Notes under the pieces: model-generated
Databases searched by the model: none
Told to the model about the DNA's origin: nothing
The model's input: the letters and a program-made list of their open reading frames with translations, nothing else
Position numbers and translations under genes: made by a program
Shown: one piece after another, positions 52,906 to 64,000 of the stretch
Layout of the letters: each line of letters starts with the position of its first letter
How positions within the stretch are numbered: position 1 is the first letter of the stretch
NCBI GenBank assembly: GCA_965202585.1
Contig: OZ241829.1
Location: forward strand, 12,648,001-12,712,000
Length of the DNA stretch: 64,000 nucleotides
Reading direction: 5' to 3'
Origin: Thalia democratica
Lineage: Eukaryota

Positions 52906-54896
52906 ATTATTGCTAAGTGTAATATTTATTTCCAAAGCTTTTTTATGCTGATGTAACTATATTGATCTAATTTTTTAGACATTTTTCGTGAAATAATCTT
53001 TTATTAGACGTCATAAGTTTCAAAAAGTGTTTGCAAGCTTTTTTTATTAAAACATTTTATGTTCAAAGAACATTTATTTATTATATTGTTTATATGTTTT
53101 ATAGTATTTATCATTGTGCTGTATTTTTAGTTAAAGTTTTACTTTTAAAAATATAAAAAACGTTTTTAATTTCAAAAGCGCTTTGTTGTATAATTTTAAT
53201 ATTAGACAAAACAATTTTAGTTGTCAACTAGAGTTTTAATTTGAGTTGTTTAAACTTTAGATTCATTAAGTCTTTAAAGCTTTTGTTAAATATATACATT
53301 TAACTTTAATAAAGTTTAAAACAGCTTTTGTTATTTGCAAACTAGTCTGCATAGACTTTTTTTTGATAAAACTGCAAATTTAGTGAATTATTTTATACTT
53401 TACATGCGTAGAGCGCTTTATTTAAGTTGTTATTAAATTGTGCAAATATATTGTAGCAGTAACTTTTTCAATAAAAAACAATTATAAGCTTGTTTAAAAA
53501 TTTGTAAAAGTTTGAATGTAAACAACGGTTATGCATGCCTTTTATATACAAGAAACTTATGAAAAGTAGTTATCATTAACAATTTTTTTTTGTGGTTTAA
53601 GTATTGACTCGCACATTTTTTAAGTTATAAAACATTCTCAAAGTTAATATGAAGTCAAAAACTGCATCACAAGTAATCTACTCGTAATAATATAATCTAC
53701 TCTAACTCTTAAAAGTTTTCAGTTTAAAGTAGAAATAAAGCTTAAAGTTTTGTGTTGCAGTGTAAGATAAATAATTTTTTTTACTTCAATTCATAAAAAC
53801 ATGAACATAAGAAGAACGTGCCTTTATCAAAAATACCTTAAATTAAAACGCTATAAACTGTATTGAGTGGTCATAGTTAAAATAAACGTTAAATGGACAT
53901 AAGATCAATTTTTGAAACTCTTTAAATAAAACTTATGTTTTTAAATATTTTTGTTTTCATTCCAGTCATTTAAACTAGAAAGTATATTATAAAATTGATT
54001 GGTACTTAATGGGTATTAATGATAAAAGTTCAATACATTCAAAGATTTTAAAGTGAATCTATGAAAAAATACGATTCTATAAATAAAGTGTTTACGACTT
54101 TCAAAAAAAAAAAACAACTTTTTACTACTTATGAAGAATAACTTAAATGTACTGTTAATACATCATAAAAAAAAAAACTATATTTGTAAATTTATATAAG
54201 TACAAAAGCATGCTGTGCATAAATTCTATATTTATTAAAAAAAAACCATCAAGAAATGTCATGCACATCACAGTTATAACAAAAAATTCACATAATGGAA
54301 CTGTTTTGTAAGTGTTAATAGAAAAACAATCGTTCATAAAAGTTATCAGTAGTAGTACTAGTGAAAAAGCTCAAAGTTTTAAAAATTAAAAAGAAAATAG
54401 AGGATGTTAAAGGATTTCATTGTAAGTCGTGGCAAGATATAATAATCGAACAATAAAATAACTTACTAAGAAACGAATCATAAATAAAAAATTCATGGCA
54501 GTAAAAAGTAAAAACATGATGTAGTAATTTCACTTGGCCATAAATAATAAACAAATCATTTGAAGCGTTTATTTAAATAAAATTTCATTTTAACTCGTTT
54601 CAATGTGTTGTTAATTTATTAATTTAAATATTATCAGTTAAACTAGAAAAGTAATTTGGCTAAAAAGTAATTAACAAGCAAACCAATAAAAAATATTAAA
54701 CCAAATTTAATAAATTTTACTCAAATTGCTAATATATATTCTATAAAAAGAAACTACAACATATAGTACTTATACAAAGGACAAAACTAATTTAACTCAA
54801 AATTCCATTTAACCACAATAATTTTTAAGAATCCTTTAAACAAATAAAACAAAACGTCCCGGTCTGAACTTTTCACTTTTGCGCATCAACATTAAG

Positions 54897-57800
54897 TTAA
54901 GGTTCTTTTTTGAGGGCTTGAATGAAAAGCTCCAATTTGTTTTGTATTTGGCGCACTTTTCTCATTTCTTCTGCCAACTGAACTTTCTTACCGACTATCA
55001 GTTCCGTCTTCATCTCACTGTTCTTCGACATTTCCTCCAAAACTTCTTTCACCTTCAACATTTTACTTTTTAAATGATAAAACATTGAACAATTGACTAT
55101 ATATATATAAATGTAAAATATATAAGCTAAATTACAAGATTTTGGAAAAATCTCCCAGTTCGGATAATATCAGTACGCTATTTGAAACTGTTTGGTTAAA
55201 AATTTGTTGTCAAACAAAATATTTAACTTTTGTAATTATTTATTAAATCACAGCTATGTTAAAAAATTAACGTTAAAATAGTACAACACCAATTTTAACT
55301 TTAAATTAATAAAGTTTGATTTTAGAAGTTAAATGTTAGAATTTAATTTTAATACCAGATATATATACTGATTTTCTACCCCTAGATTTATTTTGGAAAT
55401 TGACTATGAAAAAGACACTTTCTGTTAAACAAAATATTTAACAAATGAACTAAGTTATAAATCGTTGTGCCCCGTTAATATTTATGTAATATTTAACTGT
55501 AAGCTATTAAACTTGAGCTAAATATTTTTAAAAGTATTAGGATGATAAAGTAATACAAACGAACCTCGTTATGAGTATTTTGCCTCACTAATATTTATGA
55601 AATATTTAACATTAACCTTCCAAATAATTTTACAATAATGTAATAAAATGAACAAAAAAAATAAAGTTATTTAAAAAAGCCAAACCTCGTTTTCAAGTCT
55701 CTGCGCTTCGCTGTTCATCAGCTGCTGCCTCAACGCGTTGCTGGCAATCACCAGCATCCGCCTGATTCGCCAGAACAGTATGACGTCACTGCAGTCAGCT
55801 GATGACGAGTGGCGGGAGTAGCGGCACTCCGAGCAGTTTTGGAGGGCGGATTGAAGCAAGTGGCTGTTAAAGTTTAAATATTTGTACTGAAGATAATTAA
55901 AAAAGCAGTAACTAATAAGTATTCACGCAAAGCGTCCTTAAGCAAGCACTTGGTGTGTTTTGAAATATTTGAAATTTGTCTTGCTGATTACCGTATTTTA
56001 TTGTTGTACGTAATTTACTTAAATGAAAATTTTAAGATTAAAAATAGCCAAAAACTAAACAGATTTTTGGTTTTTGCAGTACAATTTAAAAAAATAAAGC
56101 TTAATAATTACTACAGAGTTTATAAGAAGTAAACTTGAAGCTTTCAAGTCTTCAGAAAACAATATAATTTAGGGTTATATTGGTTCATAAAAAAAAGGAC
56201 AGTATAAATGTACAGTTTAAAAAATTATTCTTAAAATAATACTAATTAAGAAGTATTTTCAAAGTAAAACAAAATTATTTAAAATTATATAAAAGTAAAT
56301 AAATAAAAAGATAAGTAAAATCAAAACAGTGTGATTAAACAAACCTCTTGTTCAAAAGTTGCCACATATCTTTCACGTCTTCTTCTTCAATTTCCTTGTA
56401 TCCCTTCGACAGCAAGTTGGTCGTGACAGTGGACAATTCAACTTGTGACAGCTCTTTACTGCCCCCATGCGGAAACATTTCTTCTAGCTGGTGCTTCACC
56501 GCCAGGTTTCGCTGCTGAGTTTTGCTCCTCTTCTTCCACTCACTCCAACTGTGTCAAGATTTGTTTTTTCATTATTTGAAACGATGTAACAAATCTTACA
56601 TTATTTTAATGTTTGTATATTTCAAACAAAACCGACTGACCGCGTGTACCAGTTGGGGCCGATGCTCTTCTCCATCTCATCCTCCAATTCCTTCTTCATC
56701 TCGATCAGGTTTAGTTGCATGAAACCTGCAGCTTCCATCCACTGGTTACTACCCCGCACCTGCGCAGAATAATTTAAAAACTCTGATATTTAAAATATTT
56801 GTTAGTTGAAAATGATACAAACTAGAAATTAAGTTCACATTCCAACAGTATATGCTATAAACTAATTTACTAAAACTAATGTTTATACCAACTATAAATA
56901 ATTATAGAATAATTGAACTGTATCTCATTTTATTATTATAAACTTTCATACTAGATGTGTGCCTTGGCATTTATATTTGATATCGTTTCAGATTTTTTAT
57001 TGCTAAAGTATTCAAACACAAGAAGTTTCTCTCTAACCTTTTTGTCTTGCATGACGAAGTCGATTATGTTTTTGAGCGGTTCGGCGAAATCCTTCAGGAA
57101 CTGCTGGTTGTCGTTGCGCTTAATTATGACGTCACAGAGCCTGTTCCTCAGCTTGCTGAAGTCGTTGCCTGTTTGAATTTTAATTTTTTTACAAAAATTT
57201 TTGGATGCATACTGGCAGTCTTTTTGCGCAAGCTTTAAAGGCTTAATTAATTGATAATTTAATTCAATATTACTTTTATCAATTTACTTCAGCTACTATT
57301 GCTTAGAAATATAAAGTTTTTTTTAAATTATTTTCTTTATGCAAAACGAACCGCTTTGTTCATTGGCTTCGCTGTCATTGGTCAGTATTTGCACGAATTC
57401 GGCGGTGAGGGTCTGCTTGGCTATTTTGATTGCAGTTTCAGGAAGCAGCTTTCGGCTCCACTCCTTCAATTTTATTTCCACCTGCGTGTTAAACTTGCCC
57501 GGGTCGTTTTCCTGCGCCGCTGGTAGGTACACCTGTGATGATGGTGAAAGAAAAAATTTAAATTGTCGTTTTTAATTTAAATTACATTTATAAGTTGCAA
57601 AATTAGGCTAAGGTGATACTATCCTAGCGTGATTTGTATAAAAATTTGATTTGTTCAATTATTATTTCAAAATAAAAATATTTATCTATTTTTTAGACTA
57701 ATATGACAGGAAACAATTCAAACCTGGTTGATGACGTGGTCGCTTACAGCCTGCCACAAATTGTTATGAAGTGTTTTCTCCCATGTTTGTGGTGCGATGA

Positions 57801-60800
57801 TCGTTAGTTGATGCATATCATCTAATATCTCGTTCCTGTTTCAATTATTAAAACTAGTGTTTATAACTTCATTAAATTCAGTTAGGTGTTTAATTGTATA
57901 TTAAGATGTGAGTTTTACTTTGCAGAATGAATTTACAACATTCAGCAAGTTAAAAAATAAGTTGTAATTATTATAACAAATACAGCAAAGAAATTGTCTG
58001 GTAGCTGAGCCAAAACTCAGGGTTGCCACTCGTTTTTTCCAAATTTTTTCCAGGTTTTCCAAATTTCTTCAAGGTTTTCAAAAGTACACATTTTTGGGTC
58101 TATTTTTAGTTTACAGTTAAGTTTAAGGTAAAAAACTGTGTTAAATAGTATTTAAACATTGAAAAGATAATGTAAAGCTCCTTAAAATATGTTTTTTGAT
58201 AAAAATAAATTTGATGATGACAAAATTTTTTGATTTGTAAATTTTACTACTGAACATGTGAAAATTGTTAAAATTCGAGGTTTTTTAAGTGATTTTTGTT
58301 CAAATGCCCAGTTTTTTTCAAAATTTCTCAAATTTAAGGTTTTTCCAGGCTTTTTTTTGCCTAAATTGTCAAATTCCAGGTTTTTCCAGGATTCCAGGTA
58401 AAGTGGCAACCCTGAAAACTTACTAAAAAAGATCACATGTAAGAACAAGTAAAAACTTGCAAGAACCAAAGTGGACAAATTAAACCCTTTTGGCATTATG
58501 CTTGTTAATATTGATACAAAATGTTGACAGTTAACAAAATTTAGCAATTTAAGAACAATTATTAACACTAATAACAACATAAGCTGTAAAAATAAGTATA
58601 ACATAGAAATTAAGTGTATGGTGTAGCTGAGATAATACTCTAGAAATAAGAAGACCATCTGTAAGGAACAAGTAAGAACTTATGAAATACAAAGTTGACA
58701 AACTTAAAAGATGACATTGTGGTTGTTAACATTGATATAAAATTTTATAAAACAAAGCTCTTATCCACCTAGCCTTTTCAAACAATTCGTCCCTGTTCAG
58801 CTAAATCAAAATAATAGCCATTTAAAGTCATAGAAAACTACCCTGGTACTTAAAAAAATATTTCAAACAAACCTGCGTTTTACAAAAATATTCAAATAAT
58901 CTTAAGTCAATTTAATTTTGTCAAAAAGTTTTTAGTTAGCATAAGTTGGGTTGAGTTTTTTAAGAACCATCCTGATTAGTATAAGTGTGTGGCAACCCTG
59001 ATTTAATCTCAAAAAAAACTTTCCACCTGAAGCTAGTAAAAACTATTTCTCTCAAAATACTACCCTCGGATTAAGGAAAAATAACTATCCTGAGTAGCTA
59101 GAGTTTGTGGCAACCCTGAAGTAATTTTCTTCTCACCTGGCTTTTTCGAACAGTTCGTCCCTGTTGAGTTCCCTGTACTTGTTGAAGTTGTTCTTCCACT
59201 CCGTCTCCAGGTTGAACCTCTGCGCCTTGAACATGTCGGCCTGCTGTTCCACCGATTCCTTCACCATCTTCCAGAAGCAGTCGCTCACACAAACGCTCAG
59301 GTTCGATGTTGTCAGCTGAGATTTTTCCAGGATGCCTCTCCGCGACAAGTTGCCGAACAAGCTGTTGATAAAAAATATTACAACATTTAAAACATAAAAT
59401 CTAAATTGAATACTAAAGTGAAGCAGTGAATATAACAAAACTTTTAAAAGAAAGAACTGAACTTTTTCTTTTGCTTTTAGTACTTGAGTGCATTTTGTTG
59501 CAACTAATTGTAGTGATAAAATAGATGTATAGATGCAATAGTATATGAATAGGACTATGCTTTAAGTATTACTAATTAAATTAAGTAGAAAAAAAAAGAA
59601 ATAAAAGAACGGATTTGAAAATAACCAAAACATTAAACGCTTTTTGACTTATAAATAATTTAAACTAAGAAATTACAAAGGACTTTTCAACAACGGTTCA
59701 TGATTAAAAATACTTAATACAGCAGAATTCAATTTTTGTATCAAACACTGAAATTACCTGGAGTTTTCAAAGAATTCAGCTTCGTACTGCTTGATCTTGT
59801 CAATTTGCTGGTCATCACCGTCTGGCATTCCGGTCACAACTGCAAAGTAACCCAGTGCCTTCATTGGCAGCAACTGACCGTTCAATATCTTCTGAATCCG
59901 ACCTTTGATTATTGTTATGTAACAATATGAATAGCAACTTACCAGTCGCTGTTGCAAGAGAAACAATAAAAAAGAAAAACTTACGGTTATTTTTGGAACC
60001 GTTTAGGTGTAAGCTTAATAAAATAATAATAATTTTTTAATTAAATACTATATTTCAATATTATTTAATTTATAAGAATTTATTTGTATCTAACACCTAC
60101 TCTTGGTTGCATTTGTTTATTATTGCAAAAGCTTTCTTTGCACAAAAATTCACAACATTTTATTTATGCTTATAAATATTGTGTATAACAACAGAATAAC
60201 AAAACTTTTTATTTTCTTGCCTTACCTCTTTAATAACTAGTAAAACTTTTGTTTAAGGCTTTAAAATATATTATATATATAAAATTACAAAACTTATATA
60301 ATAATAAGGCCATAGGGGGGTCCAACACTTTTTTTTACAAAAATTAAATTTGGCTTTTAAATGAAAGCTTTAAATACAAACTATAAGCCAATTTTTATAG
60401 AATTAAAAATTATAATTTAACTTTTAAGATATTTAATTTTTTGTAAAAAGTCTCCAATACAAACGTATGGAACGCACATTTTTTGGGGTCAATTTTCTTG
60501 GAAACTTTAAAATTCACTAAAGATCTATCTCCTCCTTCATTTTTCAAGCAATCTTCTTCAAATTTTCAGAAAATGTTCCTTATATTAAGAAAAAACAATA
60601 CTTATGGCCATAGGGGGGGGTAGGCCATGTTTTTTACAAGTTGATCTTATTTTATAGAGTTTTTACTAAGCTTCAAGTTGCTTTTTACCGTTTTTAAAAA
60701 TTCGAATTAGTTTTTGAGATATGACCGGCCAAAGTCGGGCCGCATAACAGGTTCCTTATGGGGAAGGAAAAACTAAAACGGCGAAAAAAGACTAATGCAT

Positions 60801-63800
60801 TCAAAATCTATCTCCTCCTTCATTTTTTAAGCAATCTTCTTCAAACTTTCACAGTCTATTTTTTATACTATAACAAAAAAACGTTATTTGTGACTTTGAA
60901 AAATTTTAAGTAAAAATACCTTTTTTTTGAAAAAAAAAAATTTTTTTGATAAAAAATCACTTTTTTATTTTTATTTTTGTCATAAAATTTTTATTTTTTT
61001 AAATTATTAAAATTCACAAATAACGTTTTTTTCTCATAATGTAAGGAACATTTCCTGAAAATTTGAAGAAGATTGCTTGAAAAATGAAGGAGAAGATAGA
61101 TTTTAAAGCCCGTTTTTAAAAACTCGAGAAAAACGGCTTTAAAGTTACCCTTTATATACCCTTTGTAAAGACAACCCTTTATATAACCGGTCATAAAAAA
61201 ATAGTTACTTTATATTTTTTAAATCTAAAAAAAGCATCTGAAAGATTATGAAATTTACTATAATATAAGTCTATATGTTATTTTTGGTCAAAAAATGGCT
61301 TCTACCCCCCTCTATGGCCTTATGAGTTTTAATAATTAAAAAAAAAAATTATCACAAAAATTAAAATAAAGTGTTCTTTTTTTCAAAAAAAAAAAATTTA
61401 ATAAAAAAATTTTTTATTCTAAAGTAACGTTTTTTTTTTGTTATTGTATAAAGATTAGACTGTGAAAGTTTGAAGAAGATTGCTTAGAAAAAGTAGGAGG
61501 AGATAGATTTTAAATAAAATATTATTTTTTCAATGTTTTAGTTTTCCCTTCCCATAGGGAAGCTGTTATGCGGCCTGACTTTGACTGGTCATATCTCATA
61601 AAACAGTTTGAATTTTTTTAAACGATAAAAAGCATCTTGAAGCTTAGAAAAAACACTAAAAAATAAGACCAACTTGTAAAAAACACGGCTAATCCCCTCT
61701 ATGGCCTTAATAAACAACTATCACTTTATTTATACTTGGGTACTTAGTTTAACTTATATATAAGTAGTCAAGTTTTGAATAAAGTTTTTATTTAGGGAGT
61801 ATCTTGATTATGTTCTTATTAAAATATGATTATCTTAGTATTCTAGGTTTAGTTTAATTTAAATTTTTATTTTTTTGTTTAATCTTAAATTATCAACATA
61901 CTTATAGTAAACCACTACTCTAAAATAAAAAAAAATTAAGCAATGTTTAAAAAGTAAATGTTTGCATCATTTTTGTACATTTTGTAATTAAGATTTTTTT
62001 AATTAAAGCTAATTATATTACAGGGTAAGTTTATTTATATAAACTTCAAAAACAATGTTGCCTCTCAATTAGTAGCGTGATGCATGAATTATAAAGTACT
62101 TTATAAAAAATAAGTTATATTAACCTTTAAAATTTAAACGACTCAAAAAGTATAAGGAGGATAAAATTTATTGTAAAACTTGCTCAAAAATTAAATTACT
62201 CTCATTGGGCTATAATAAGGAATAAAAGAATGTTTTATTTATTTTTTACCCAACTTAATTAGTTTTTTATAACAAATGGTACAATTATACTGACTACAAA
62301 TTATTTCTCACCTGGCTTACTAGTCTCAAATTCGGCTTTGTCAGCTTTCGTCAAAACAAATATGGTTCTTTTACCTTCTGGGTCGACTTTGTTGACAGTG
62401 TCTGTTACAAGACTCAGTTCTGCATCTACAGATCCGTCCTGTTAATTTTTTCACACTTGTTAAATTTTAACTGTAAATAATTTAAAAAAAACAGTTATGA
62501 CTGACTGTTGAGTTTCAACAAAAGTGAAACCTAGATCCCAGTCTACTGAGAGCTTGTTTTTTGGTGACCCACATGAAATGATCATAAACTGTTGTTAAAA
62601 AAGTATGAGCATCGGCTAGCGGCACATGAAAGTCCAGGCTTCAGCTCTGAAGACTTTTGCCAACTTTCCTTTTTCTTTAATAAAAAGAAAAGTAATTTTT
62701 GTTTAACAGACTACCTTAGTTTAAATGTATTAACTTATATTAAAAAGTTTTTTGAAAAAAGTATTTTTTATCATTATAAAACTGTAAAATTTATGTTTAC
62801 TAAAACTTAAATGCTATGAAATATTTCAGTCTACTTTATTAATGTTTTTTATTCAATTTAGAGAAAATTATTAAGCTAGTTAGTTTCTATAGACTTAAAA
62901 ATGCTAAGCTGTTATATGGAGTCACCATAAAAAAAAACAACTACAATTTTTTTTTACCTGAACACACAGAATAATTGAGTTGGGGTTTTCCATGTGTTGC
63001 CGGCTGATCTTCAAGATTGACTCCTTGGTGTCTTTGGCCATGCCATGTGTGACAGTGTTGATCATCCCTGGCAAGTCAACCAAAACCATTCTTCTCAAGT
63101 TTGGTCCCTTCACTGTCAGGCTGATAGTCTCACTGGATACAGTGTTCTTGCCAGAGCAAATGGACTTCATCCTCAATTCTATTTCTCTCCTCAAATCTTT
63201 TAAATCAGATTCCTTGGTCAGGTCAAACTTCCTGGAGCTGTCCTTGAACTGGGCAACGTGGTCAGGGCCCTCACTGAGCGTCACTTTCACTGGCGACCTA
63301 GTCATCATTTCTCCTGCACCCCGGGGAAATATCCTTGCTTGGACGATCATTTCCAGCACACTGGTCTTTCCAGCACTCTGGTCTCCCACCACAACAACCC
63401 TGGGTAGATGGTCCTGGGTGTTGTAGTTGCTGTCAAAGTTGGAGAGGTCGTCTAGAACTTCAGAGTACATGTCAATGAGTGTCTTCTTGGCGCTTCTTGC
63501 AGTGTCTTTATTATCTTTCTCTTTTTCACTGTCTACCGAAGTTCCCTTTTTGCATTTTTCTTCAAAGGACTTTTTCTCATTTGCGATTCTTTCTTTTTCT
63601 TTTTTGAGAGCTTGTTCCTGCTCACGGACCTCTTTCATTCTTTCTTCCAAAATTTTATTTTTCATGACCAGCTGGTCCATTGTCAAATGCTCTTGACTTT
63701 CCTCTGTCTCTTTACTTGTTTCATTATCAACTGGCAGACTAGGTAGCTTAAGAGACATTCCTTGAGATGTCAAACTATTAGGATCTACTTCGTCATTGCC

Positions 63801-64000
63801 ATTGAAATTAAACAATGAGAACATCACAGCTGACATTGGTAACAATGTCTTTTTGAAGTCATCATACTTTTCTTTATAATCTCCTTTTGAATCTTCATAC
63901 TTTGAATGTAGCTTGCTCAACAAGTCCTTGTTGTTTTCTTTTGCGTCCAAAAACTTTGACTTGAGCATTTCTTTACTGTCAAGGTACCACTGAAATTTTT
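54897..64000 (-). CDS. OPA1: Mitochondrial dynamin-like GTPase OPA1, 5'-incomplete
   Basis: Exons >64000-62958, 62438-62312, 59902-59758, 59361-59137, 57835-57724, 57532-57352, 57168-57038, 56759-56641, 56548-56345, 55863-55686, 55052-54897 join in frame. Motifs: [66 protein letters not shown]. Confidence 0.97.
58018..58414. mobile_element. MITE with CAGGGTTGCCAC terminal inverted repeats
   Basis: CAGGGTTGCCAC at 58018 and GTGGCAACCCTG ending at 58414, with AAAACT on both flanks; solo right ends recur at ~58989 and ~59107. Confidence 0.7.
60308..61706. mobile_element. GGCC-ended MITE with a related copy (60606-61319) nested inside it
   Basis: Outer ends ATAA|GGCC ... GGCC|TTAA; inner ends TTAT|GGCC ... 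GGCC|TTAT. Same family as 29772-30456. Confidence 0.75.

Noticed and set aside
58182-58658. 158-aa minus-strand ORF
   Set aside because: It runs through a MITE and intron sequence and has no domain signal.
62980-63696. Plus-strand ORFs opposite OPA1 (also 3471..4034, 8676..9053, 11312..11737, 32403..32621)
   Set aside because: They are antisense shadows of real or TE coding sequence with no independent motifs.

Overview
AT-rich, intron-rich genomic DNA from an animal (probably an invertebrate; the species cannot be identified from the sequence). Left to right: a decayed Ty3/gypsy LTR retrotransposon, a single-ORF PARP-like ADP-ribosyltransferase, a 5'-truncated Penelope-like element, a split orphan ORF pair, a 4-exon secreted C-type lectin with a broken partial duplicate, a complete 15-exon transglutaminase (745 aa), a ~6.1-kb inverted repeat carrying two mirrored tRNA-Leu/Ile/Asp sets, a 6-exon secreted single-domain BPI/LBP-fold gene absent from the ORF track, and the 3' part of OPA1. 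Best leads: (1) a ~148-bp x ~30 minisatellite in a transglutaminase intron whose unit is the gene's own 3' splice site plus exon start, giving ~29 stop-carrying decoy acceptors (each an AG|GT junction) ahead of the real exon; (2) a triplicated exon end whose first two copies differ only synonymously; (3) a tRNA palindrome with reciprocal lesions, a dicistronic Ile-Asp pair, and a Leu gene whose insertion mimics an intron and gives an AAA anticodon. All gene models were assembled by hand from GT-AG and phase logic; no expression or database evidence was available.
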